From the IMG/VR virus record IMGVR_UViG_3300049989_000072, positions 1-54,989 of that record: 54,989 nt of DNA. One strand, written 5' to 3'. Shown piece after piece: positions 41,211 to 48,027 of the stretch; the stretch's first letter is position 1, and each line of letters opens with the position of its first letter. The stretch is from a virus. Both the position numbers and the translations under genes were made by a program. The notes beneath the pieces were generated by a model. It was not told where the DNA came from, did no database searches, and saw nothing but the letters and a program-made list of their open reading frames with translations.

Positions 41211-41700
41211 AGCCTGGGCGGACATCGAAGGATTCCCAAACTACGTAGTCAGCAGTGCGGGAGAAGTGGTGAATGTCAAGTTCCGACGTTCCCTCAACCC
41301 CCGCCCCAATCCGCACGGTGGTGGACTCCGGGTGACGCTTTCTCGTGAAGGGCGTCACCAGGAGTTCTACGTGCATCAGCTCGTAGCTGCGGCATTCCTT
41401 GATGGATACCGCCCCGGCGTGCATATTCGGCACGTCGACAGCAATAAGGACAACAACCATGTCAGCAACCTTTCATTCCGAAAGGGTCATTCTCGCGGTG
41501 ACGAGACCACTGGAGGTAGGGGACAACAGCTACCTCATCGAGGCTCTACGCGCGTCCGCATCGTCGAGACTGGCGAGGTCTTCCTCTCCGTCCGAGACTG
41601 CGCAAGATATTTGGGAGGGGACTACTCCACCATCTACCGATGCCTTCGAGACCCTGGTCGCAGACATAAAGGCTACACGTATGAGTACTTTGACGGGTGA
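41194..41700 (+). CDS. HNH homing endonuclease (NUMOD4 + HNH_3 + C-terminal HTH)
   Basis: 'WADIEGFPNYVVSSAGEVVN', 'HQLVAAAFL....IRHVDSNKDNNHVSNL' and 'VFLSVRDCARYLGGDYSTIYRCL'. Confidence 0.75.
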   Translation: MTESAEAWADIEGFPNYVVSSAGEVVNVKFRRSLNPRPNPHGGGLRVTLSREGRHQEFYVHQLVAAAFLDGYRPGVHIRHVDSNKDNNHVSNLSFRKGHSRGDETTGGRGQQLPHRGSTRVRIVETGEVFLSVRDCARYLGGDYSTIYRCLRDPGRRHKGYTYEYFDG

Positions 41701-42175
41701 AGAATTCCGGACGATTCCGGGATACCCTCGATACTCAATCTCGAATCACGGTCGAGTTCGCAACGACAAGAACGGGCGCTTTCTGAAGCCCAGTGCGGAT
41801 GCGCATGGATATTTGCGAGTGCAGCTTTCTCGAAGTCAGGGGAAGCGACTTTTCTATCTTGCGCGTCTGGTCTATGCGGTGTTCGTAGATGTGGAGCTTC
41901 GACAAGGCACCATCATTCGCCCAAAGGACGACGATCTCACGAATCTTCATGTCGACAACCTCGAGGCGTTGCATAGAAACATGGCCCAGGGAAAGGCTCT
42001 GTTCGACACGACCGAACCACCAAGAACTGTGCAAAGTCGCAGCGCAAGGCCGTTCGCCCGTCGAATCGAGATGTGTCCCAAAGTTCCTGATCACCCACCC
42101 CACAGATACCTGCACCCAGTCTTTGGGACGGTCTACTGTAACAACCTAGGAGTAAAGCGAGACCTCTATGCTTGA
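41681..42175 (+). CDS. second NUMOD4/HNH_3-like gene, possibly catalytically degenerate
   Basis: 'FRTIPGYPRYSISNHGRVRN' and 'LARLVYAVFV....IRPKDDDLTNLHVDNLE'. The first His of the HNH motif is replaced by Pro relative to the upstream paralog. Confidence 0.6.
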   Translation: MSTLTGEEFRTIPGYPRYSISNHGRVRNDKNGRFLKPSADAHGYLRVQLSRSQGKRLFYLARLVYAVFVDVELRQGTIIRPKDDDLTNLHVDNLEALHRNMAQGKALFDTTEPPRTVQSRSARPFARRIEMCPKVPDHPPHRYLHPVFGTVYCNNLGVKRDLYA

Positions 42176-42293
42176 GACCAAGCAGTGCACGTTCATCAAC
42201 CACAAGCACGATCCCCACAACTGGTTCGACCCCATCGTCGTCGACGGTAAGGTCTCGGGTCGTGAGAAGTTCCATTGCGAGGGGAAGTCGTAA
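42168..42293 (+). CDS. mini Cys/His protein 1 (41 aa)
   Basis: 'KQCTFINHKHDPHNW....KFHCEG'. It is the first of six tandem, overlapping tiny ORFs sharing a C-x(5-7)-H-x(2)-H ... C-x-G pattern. Confidence 0.4.
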   Translation: MLETKQCTFINHKHDPHNWFDPIVVDGKVSGREKFHCEGKS

Positions 42294-42568
42294 TGTCAGG
42301 ACCCATGAAGCCGGCCATTCCCGTCGGCCATGAGACCTCCACCCCTGTCGTCAAGTCCCGAGAGCGGATGAAGGCGAAGGAGAAGGCCAGAAAGGAACGC
42401 AAGAAGGAGCAGAAGGTACGCGGCAGTCGCATCGCCGAGTACACCAAGAAGCACCTGGTTCCGGTTCGCAAGTGCGAAAAGGTCACCAAGCACAACGAGC
42501 ACCTCTACTACTCCAAGGACGCGTTCGGGGCAAACCGCGCCATGCACTGTGTGGGACGAGCTTCGTGA
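42293..42568 (+). CDS. mini Cys/His protein 2 (basic N-terminus)
   Basis: Coupled start (TAATG). '..RKCEKVTKHNEHLYY.....AMHCVG'. Confidence 0.4.
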   Translation: MSGPMKPAIPVGHETSTPVVKSRERMKAKEKARKERKKEQKVRGSRIAEYTKKHLVPVRKCEKVTKHNEHLYYSKDAFGANRAMHCVGRAS

Positions 42569-42735
42569 CCATCAGCGCCTCGAGCAAGGCCCCCTCGAAG
42601 TCCGCCATGCCCAAGAAGGCGTGTCAAGATTGGCGTCCGCACCGTGCCCATGTGCGCAACGTCAAGTGGCCAACATATCCCTATCGCCAGGCAGTTGTGT
42701 GTCAGGGGGTGGAGAATGATGACGATTCCATGTGA
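42565..42735 (+). CDS. mini Cys/His protein 3
   Basis: GTG overlaps the upstream stop (GTGA). '..KKACQDWRPHRAHV......AVVCQG'. Confidence 0.35.
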   Translation: MTISASSKAPSKSAMPKKACQDWRPHRAHVRNVKWPTYPYRQAVVCQGVENDDDSM

Positions 42736-42835
42736 GCTGTGGATGCCGCATAAGGGACATAAGCACGTTCGAATGAAGGGTGAAGCTCCCGGGCAGATTT
42801 TCTGGTGCCCCGGAGTAGAGCAGCATGAATCCTAA
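42716..42835 (+). CDS. mini Cys/His protein 4 (39 aa)
   Basis: GGGGGTGGAGA precedes the ATG. 'IPCELWMPHKGHKHV......IFWCPG'. Confidence 0.4.
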   Translation: MMTIPCELWMPHKGHKHVRMKGEAPGQIFWCPGVEQHES

Positions 42836-42953
42836 GCGCTGTAACCTCGACGTCAAGCACTATGCTCACGACTGGGACTTCATTCTGATCGAGGATGATG
42901 AAGGTCGACAGGCGTGGCTATATTCGTTCTGCGACGGTCTCGTATGGCTGTAA
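42825..42953 (+). CDS. mini Cys/His protein 5 (42 aa)
   Basis: 'KRCNLDVKHYAHDW.......YSFCDG'. It overlaps its neighbours. Confidence 0.4.
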   Translation: MNPKRCNLDVKHYAHDWDFILIEDDEGRQAWLYSFCDGLVWL

Positions 42954-43123
42954 GTGAGTACGAAGGGTTCTTTCAGTGTGGCAACTTTGAGAATCACGGT
43001 CCTCACGAGCACGACATGATGGTCTTTGGGAGGGATGGTATGGGTTTTGACGCTGTCATCGAGACGGTGTGGTGTTTTGGTCGAGCCCACGACCTCCCTG
43101 CGTACAGAGATCTCGGACCATGA
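42944..43123 (+). CDS. mini Cys/His protein 6 (59 aa)
   Basis: 'FQCGNFENHGPHEHDM......VWCFG'. The stop overlaps the helicase start (ATGA). Confidence 0.4.
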   Translation: MAVSEYEGFFQCGNFENHGPHEHDMMVFGRDGMGFDAVIETVWCFGRAHDLPAYRDLGP

Positions 43124-44397
43124 CTTACGAACTGATGCCTCATCAACGTGAGGCGATTGGAAAGATGCGCAATGGCTCTGTCCTCAAAGGTGGTGTCGGA
43201 ACTGGCAAGACAATCACGGCGCTCGGGTATTTTTACGGCCACGTTGCAGGAGGCTGTCTCGAGCAGAAGCAGGATCGTTCGTATCACCCTCCGACCAGTC
43301 CCCGTGACCTCTACGTCATCACAACGGCAAAGAAGCGAGACTCCCTCGACTGGGAAGAAGAGGCCCTCATGGGCTTCGGCATCTCCCGAGACCCCGATCT
43401 TTCCGCTGGCGGCATAAAGCTCACCGTCGATAGCTGGAACAACATTGACCGCTACGTCGGAGTGAAGGATGCATTCTTCATTTTCGATGAGCAGCGGCTG
43501 GTGGGCTCCGGCGCCTGGGTCAAGGCCTTCCACAAGCTAGCCCAGGACAACCAATGGATCCTTCTGTCTGCCACCCCCGGTGACAGCTGGATCGAATACG
43601 CCCCTATCTTCATCGCACACGGTTGGTATAAGAACCGCACCGAGTTCATGAAGAAGCATGTGGTGTACAACACCTTCGCCAAGTTCCCCAAGATCGACCG
43701 CTATGTCGAGACGGGTATCCTGGAGAAGTACCGTCGTGCAGTCCTCGTCGAGATGCCGTACAACCGCCACACCAAGCGGCACGTGCTCAATACGATGGTC
43801 GGATACGACGAAGCACTGTACAACCGGGTGGTGAAAGACCGCTGGCACGTGTACGAGGAACGCCCCATTCGAGATATTGCGGAGATGATTCGCGTCGCTC
43901 GACAGGTGATCAACTCGGACACATCGAGACTTGCCGCGGTCATGGAGTTGCTCGAGAAGCACGACCGACTCATCATCTTCTACAACTTCAACTACGAGCT
44001 CGACATGCTCCGTACGTTGTCGTGTCTGGGACTTCCGATGGCCGAGTGGAACGGCATCAAGCATCAACCAATCCCAGAGGCAAAGAAGTGGATCTACCTC
44101 GTGCAGTATACAGCCGGCGCCGAAGGCTGGAACTGCATCTCGACCAACGCTATCTGCTTCTGGTCGCTCAACTACTCGTACAAGATCACCGAGCAGGGCA
44201 GAGGGCGCATCGACCGCCTGAACACCCCGTTCGACGATCTGTACTACTACACCCTGCGGTCTATGGCGGGTGTGGATACGGCGATCAACAAGAAGCTCGC
44301 CACCAAGACCAACTTCTCAGAGAAAGCCTACGTCAAACAGGCTGGTCTGTGGCCGGAAGAAAAGGAGCCGGAGAAGGTCTTGGTGTCATACCAGTAA
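43120..44397 (+). CDS. SF2 (SNF2/DEAD-like) helicase
   Basis: 'LMPHQREAI', motif I 'GGVGTGKT', motif II 'FIFDEQRL', 'LLSATPG', helicase-C 'LIIFYNFNYE' and motif VI-like 'TEQGRGRIDR'. Confidence 0.8.
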   Translation: MTYELMPHQREAIGKMRNGSVLKGGVGTGKTITALGYFYGHVAGGCLEQKQDRSYHPPTSPRDLYVITTAKKRDSLDWEEEALMGFGISRDPDLSAGGIKLTVDSWNNIDRYVGVKDAFFIFDEQRLVGSGAWVKAFHKLAQDNQWILLSATPGDSWIEYAPIFIAHGWYKNRTEFMKKHVVYNTFAKFPKIDRYVETGILEKYRRAVLVEMPYNRHTKRHVLNTMVGYDEALYNRVVKDRWHVYEERPIRDIAEMIRVARQVINSDTSRLAAVMELLEKHDRLIIFYNFNYELDMLRTLSCLGLPMAEWNGIKHQPIPEAKKWIYLVQYTAGAEGWNCISTNAICFWSLNYSYKITEQGRGRIDRLNTPFDDLYYYTLRSMAGVDTAINKKLATKTNFSEKAYVKQAGLWPEEKEPEKVLVSYQ

Positions 44398-44408
44398 GGA
44401 GAAGAAGG

Positions 44409-44891
44409 ATGAGTGAGCTCAGCAGAAAGATGGCGTTTGCTCTGCGCCACGGTCCGGGTGAGTTTGGGCTCGGACTGGCACCAAACGGGTCGATTCGACT
44501 GACCTGGTTTGCAGCGGCGATGAAAGCCACTGTCGAAGAGGTCAAAGAAGTCGTCAACAACGACTTTAAGGGCCGATTTGCAATCGAGGGACATCGAATT
44601 CGGGCGGTTCACGGTCATAGCATCGCGGTGGAGGCTCAGCGGGCGGCTTCGGTTGCTCCTGAGTGGCTCTACCACGGAACAAAGTCCAAGAACGTCGAAT
44701 CGATCATCAATCATGGGTTGATGCGCATGGAGCGTCAGCACGTCCACCTCAGCTCAAGCGCTGCTCGGGCTTTTGAGCGGGGTCCGCTGGTCATCCAAGT
44801 TCGATCGCAAGGTATCGAGGGTCTTCATATGGCCTCAAACGGTATCTGGCTCGCTCCCTGGGTGTCTTCCGACAACCTCTACTTCTTCTAA
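44409..44891 (+). CDS. kptA: RNA 2'-phosphotransferase (Tpt1/KptA family)
   Basis: AAGGAGAAGAAGG precedes the ATG. 'LSRKMAFALRHGPGEFGLGLAPNGSI', 'NDFKGRFAIEGHRIRAVHGHS', 'LYHGTKSKNVESIINHGLMRMERQHVHLS' match the family signature. Confidence 0.8.
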   Translation: MSELSRKMAFALRHGPGEFGLGLAPNGSIRLTWFAAAMKATVEEVKEVVNNDFKGRFAIEGHRIRAVHGHSIAVEAQRAASVAPEWLYHGTKSKNVESIINHGLMRMERQHVHLSSSAARAFERGPLVIQVRSQGIEGLHMASNGIWLAPWVSSDNLYFF

Positions 44892-44900
44892 GGAGCACTT

Positions 44901-45110
44901 ATGGGGACCATCACCGTCTGGGCACGGGCCATTCTGGTTAGCGACATCGTGTTCGTCGGTGGACAGGCCTATCGAGTGCACCGAGTCGTGGAAGACATCA
45001 ACGACGTGTGGGAGATTGAGGCCACACAGATCCATAACCAAGACCTATGGGTGGGTTTCGTGCTCATGGGCACTACCAATGTCCGCGTCATTCGCGGGCT
45101 TTCTCTTTGA
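44901..45110 (+). CDS. small hypothetical protein ('GD.V.VGG' family)
   Basis: TAAGGAGCACTT precedes the ATG. 'WARAILVSDIVFVGGQAYRVHRVVE'. The stop TGA lies inside the next TTCTCTTTGAAAGGAGAAC motif. Confidence 0.45.
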   Translation: MGTITVWARAILVSDIVFVGGQAYRVHRVVEDINDVWEIEATQIHNQDLWVGFVLMGTTNVRVIRGLSL

Positions 45111-45119
45111 AAGGAGAAC
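45101..45119 (+). promoter_or_regulatory. conserved initiation motif copy (TTCTCTTTGAAAGGAGAAC)
   Basis: 2 nt before ATG 45122. Its TGA is the stop of the 44901 gene. Confidence 0.65.
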
Positions 45120-45121
45120 AT

Positions 45122-45655
45122 ATGAAGATCACGCCCATCGACGAGCTTCGGCCCGAGCACATCGGTCAGATCGTTTCAGCCCAGTACATTCCTCGAGACC
45201 CTGAGGACGAGACGGGCGACACCCTGAAGACCGACAAGATGACCAAGCATGTCGGCATCCTTCAGACCTTCACCATCGATAAGGACGTCCCTCGTCGCTC
45301 GTTCCTTCGATTCCAGGGTGAGGGCACCTACATGCTTGCTCCGCGATCCGGAGACCGAGTCGAGCTGTACCTCCACACCCACGAGGACACAAAGCCGAGC
45401 GAGAGCGAGGAGGATGGCACCCTTCTCGAGATCTTCCCTCATGAGCTCAAGGAAGGCGATTGGGTTGAGCTTGGTACCGACTTCTACTCGATCAACACGC
45501 TCTACCACGAGCTGGAATCGGCCTCGATGGCGACCAGGTGGAAGTTGGAACTCCGTAACAAGAATCGCTCCAATTCGAGTACGATAGATGTTCTTTCCAT
45601 GACCCTCTCGTCGGAGACTCGCATCCGGATCAAGCGCTACAGAAGGCACGTCTGA
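45122..45655 (+). CDS. hypothetical protein
   Basis: TTCTCTTTGAAAGGAGAAC lies 2 nt upstream. 177 aa with 'FPHELKEGDWVELGTDFYSINTLY'. Confidence 0.5.
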   Translation: MKITPIDELRPEHIGQIVSAQYIPRDPEDETGDTLKTDKMTKHVGILQTFTIDKDVPRRSFLRFQGEGTYMLAPRSGDRVELYLHTHEDTKPSESEEDGTLLEIFPHELKEGDWVELGTDFYSINTLYHELESASMATRWKLELRNKNRSNSSTIDVLSMTLSSETRIRIKRYRRHV

Positions 45656-46050
45656 TGCCCAGGGAGTCTGAGGAGGTTGAAGTCCATCCGTGGGAGGTCC
45701 TTCAGGATGACGTGGTGAATGTTGCTGGGCGCATGCTGGCAATCGACTCCATCAACATGACGTCTCCGAGCGACCGAGAGGTATCTTTCAGCGACAATCG
45801 AGTCATGTTCGATACGTTTGATCGGCTGCTCATCAAGAACCTGGAGTTCACGTTCCGGTGTCGATCGGGGGAGACCTTCTGCGTTCCTGGTCACGAGCTC
45901 ATGAGGGTGCGGAGGTTCACGATTCCGGGCAATCGTGGGCGATCTGGGGAGACAGGGGAAGAAGCTCGGAGACGTGAGGAGGCGGAGTTCCGTCGGATGA
46001 ATCCGCACCTGTTCCCTGGCCAGGGTGGGGACATCGCTTCGCAAGAATGA
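45655..46050 (+). CDS. hypothetical protein
   Basis: Coupled start (TGATG). 131 aa with 'HPWEVLQDDVVNVAGRMLAIDSINM'. Confidence 0.45.
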   Translation: MPRESEEVEVHPWEVLQDDVVNVAGRMLAIDSINMTSPSDREVSFSDNRVMFDTFDRLLIKNLEFTFRCRSGETFCVPGHELMRVRRFTIPGNRGRSGETGEEARRREEAEFRRMNPHLFPGQGGDIASQE

Positions 46051-46070
46051 CAGGGCTCATAGTGAGACCC
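46037..46070 (+). promoter_or_regulatory. promoter-like motif P8 (CTTCGCAAGAATGACAGGGCTCATAGTGAGACCC)
   Basis: Same register; overlaps the 3' end of the 45655 gene and precedes ATG 46090. Confidence 0.5.
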
Positions 46071-46089
46071 ACTACCAAAGGAGAACCCC

Positions 46090-46302
46090 ATGCGTAAGCC
46101 CACTCGTCAGCAGATCGAGACCGGCGCCTTCGTCGCGTGTGCAGCCACTGGTGTCGTCGCCGCAGCGTACCTCGTCCTGACCCACAAGCAGAACGTGATC
46201 CGCACGGAGGCGTACGTCAAGTTCCTGCACGACTCGCTGAAGTCGTCGGACATCGCCCTGTCCAAGACCGTGGAGGCCATCGCCACCGCAATCCAGAAGT
46301 GA
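46090..46302 (+). CDS. small membrane protein
   Basis: P8 lies upstream and AAAGGAGAACCCC precedes the ATG. TM segment is GAFVACAATGVVAAAYLVL. A 9-bp-stem hairpin follows. Confidence 0.6.
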   Translation: MRKPTRQQIETGAFVACAATGVVAAAYLVLTHKQNVIRTEAYVKFLHDSLKSSDIALSKTVEAIATAIQK

Positions 46303-46310
46303 TCCACCTC

Positions 46311-46350
46311 GAGAGCCCCTGTAGACCCTAACCGGTTTGCGGGGGCTCTC
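46311..46350 (+). terminator. intrinsic terminator
   Basis: Perfect 9-bp stem GAGAGCCCC / GGGGCTCTC. The loop contains GACCCTAACCGG, and TTGTTGTC follows. Confidence 0.6.
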
Positions 46351-46354
46351 TTGT

Positions 46355-46386
46355 TGTCGCGAGAATGACTAGGGCTATAGTGAGAG
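46355..46386 (+). promoter_or_regulatory. promoter-like motif P9 (TGTCGCGAGAATGACTAGGGCTATAGTGAGAG)
   Basis: Same register; follows the hairpin at 46311-46350 and precedes ATG 46399. Confidence 0.5.
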
Positions 46387-46398
46387 AAAGGAACCACC

Positions 46399-46539
46399 AT
46401 GCCCAGAATCATCGTCAAGATCCTGCTCAACATCGCCATCGGTGTGCTCATCCGCCAACTGGAAAAGAAGATCCAGAAGGCGGTTCTGCACCGGATGACG
46501 GTCGACAAGCTGAATCTCATCAGCGAGCCTTCGGGCTAA
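46399..46539 (+). CDS. small membrane peptide (46 aa)
   Basis: P9 lies upstream and GAAAGGAACCACC precedes the ATG. 'IIVKILLNIAIGVLI'. Not in the track. Confidence 0.45.
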   Translation: MPRIIVKILLNIAIGVLIRQLEKKIQKAVLHRMTVDKLNLISEPSG

Positions 46540-46635
46540 CCCATCCACAACCTCGAAAAGCGGGGGCTTCGGCCCTCTCTTTTTGTCTGGGTCGGTGGCC
46601 AGAAATCTTGGAAAAGCCCACTTTTGCAAAAATCT

Positions 46636-46785
46636 TGTGGGAGTTTTCGTCCAACTTTTTTCTGTAGTGGCCAAAAAAGTGGGCAGAGTGGCCAAAAACG
46701 TTTTCAAAAGTGGGCACGTTTCGTCCAACTTTGTGGGACTTCGGTGGGACTTCGTCCAAGTTTTGTGGGACCTTTCGTCCAACTT
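46636..46785 (+). repeat. direct iterons (core GTGGGAC-n-TTCGTCCAAC-TT), about 5 copies
   Basis: Copies are at 46636-46657, 46709-46731, 46732-46744 (partial), 46745-46762 and 46764-46785. They lie in a ~600-bp non-coding, lower-GC region that also has five GTGGCCA / TTGGCCA words. Confidence 0.8.
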
Positions 46786-47075
46786 ATAGGGTGTTTTGGG
46801 CGGTTTTGGACCACTTTTCACAGGAAACTCATAGACTAGTGGCCAATTCTTGAAAACAGTACCAATTCACTATAGAAAAAGTTATTATAGTAGGTAGAGT
46901 AGAAAACGGGCAAAAAATTGGCCATCTGTCCACGAGGAGGACTTTGACATGCAAGACTCGTTGCCGACCCCAGGTTGCGGATGTGGCTACCCATGCCTCG
47001 GCAAGGTCATCCCAAACCCCGACCTCACAGGACTGAGCTCAGGCTGGATAAGTCTTCGATTCTAACGACCCTCAA

Positions 47076-47094
47076 AAGTTGGACGAAGTCCCAC
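47076..47094 (-). repeat. inverted iteron copy (AAGTTGGACGAAGTCCCAC)
   Basis: Reverse complement GTGGGACTTCGTCCAACTT matches the direct iteron core. It sits 17 nt upstream of TATAAT 47112. Confidence 0.8.
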
Positions 47095-47111
47095 GCAGTG
47101 TTTACATGCTA

Positions 47112-47117
47112 TATAAT
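47112..47117 (+). promoter_or_regulatory. consensus -10 hexamer TATAAT upstream of the nuclease-RNAP operon
   Basis: TTTACATGCTATATAATAGAAGG lies 58 nt upstream of ATG 47175. There is no -35 at 17-bp spacing; an inverted iteron copy (47076-47094) occupies that position. Confidence 0.35.
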
Positions 47118-47174
47118 AGAAGGGATAAAGGATGAACGACTACTCAAAGCTTATTTCTTTGTCTGAGGTGACTG

Positions 47175-47480
47175 ATGGCTGATCGCTTGGAGCGGGAGTT
47201 CCAGGCAGAGTTCATCAACGAACTGCGAGAGCGCTACCCCGAGGCCATCATTCTCAAGAATGACTCCGGCTATCAGCAGGGTATCCCGGACTGGATCATG
47301 CTGGTGGATGACCGCTGGTTCATGTTCGAGATCAAGCGCTCCCCGACCGCACCGCTGCGGCCGAATCAGGGCTACTACGTTGACTTGTGCAACGAGATGT
47401 CCTTCGCAGCCTTCGTCTATCCCCAGAACAAGGAGCAGGTGCTCGATGCACTTTCACGATCACTCCGTACTCGAAGGTAG
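47175..47480 (+). CDS. VRR-NUC family nuclease
   Basis: 'EREFQAEFINELR....GIPDWIMLVDDRWFMFEIKRS....PNQ' shows the PD-(D/E)xK pattern of VRR-NUC. GAGGTGACTG precedes the ATG. Confidence 0.65.
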   Translation: MADRLEREFQAEFINELRERYPEAIILKNDSGYQQGIPDWIMLVDDRWFMFEIKRSPTAPLRPNQGYYVDLCNEMSFAAFVYPQNKEQVLDALSRSLRTRR

Positions 47481-48027
47481 GCATTCCTTTCTTAGCCCCA
47501 GCCAGCACCATTGGATCAACGACACGGACGAGAAGTTCGACCGTCGATTCATGAAGCGGCTGTCCACGCTACACGGAAGCCAGCAACACGAGTTCGCCGC
47601 CTCCGCCATTCGCTTGGGCATCCGCCTCGCCGAATCGGAGCAGACGCTCAACCGTTACGTCAACGACTGTATCGGATTCCGCATGGAGCCCGAGGTCATG
47701 CTAGTCGCTGACGAGCACTTCGCCTTTGGCACCGCCGATGCGATCAAGTACCTCAGGCCTCACGGAGATCGCCGTGGCCTACTGAAGATCTTCGACCTGA
47801 AGACCGGTGAGACCCCCACCTCGTTCGTTCAGCTTGTCATCTACGCTGCGTTCTTCTGCATCGAGTATGACGTCAAGCCCATGGACATCGACTACGAGTT
47901 CAGGATCTACCAGTCCGACGACATCAAGATCTTCATCCCCGACCTCGACGACATCGTGAAGGCCTACTCCACGATCGTCAATCGCATCCGACGGATCTAT
48001 GACCTTCAGAGGGAGGTGTCCCTGTGA
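47446..48027 (+). CDS. PD-(D/E)xK (Cas4/RecB-like) nuclease
   Basis: 'SFLSPSQHHW', 'FGTADAIKYL....LLKIFDLKTGE....QLVIYAAFF' resemble the exonuclease motifs. Confidence 0.5.
   Translation: MHFHDHSVLEGRHSFLSPSQHHWINDTDEKFDRRFMKRLSTLHGSQQHEFAASAIRLGIRLAESEQTLNRYVNDCIGFRMEPEVMLVADEHFAFGTADAIKYLRPHGDRRGLLKIFDLKTGETPTSFVQLVIYAAFFCIEYDVKPMDIDYEFRIYQSDDIKIFIPDLDDIVKAYSTIVNRIRRIYDLQREVSL

Noticed and set aside
46596-46800. The repeat cluster as a possible CRISPR array.
   Set aside because: The repeats are 19-23 bp, partly abutting, with irregular 0-50-nt gaps rather than uniform spacers. One copy is inverted 300 bp away, and there are no cas genes. Iterons or operators explain it better.
47040-47075. 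A tRNA-like T-loop string (GTCTTCGATTCTAAC) in the non-coding region. A similar GGGGTCTCGAAATTCTGACCCC lies at 51054.
   Set aside because: No flanking 5-bp T-stem, acceptor stem or anticodon arm can be drawn. The second is a 6-bp stem with a 10-nt loop, i.e. a terminator-like hairpin. I found no tRNA.
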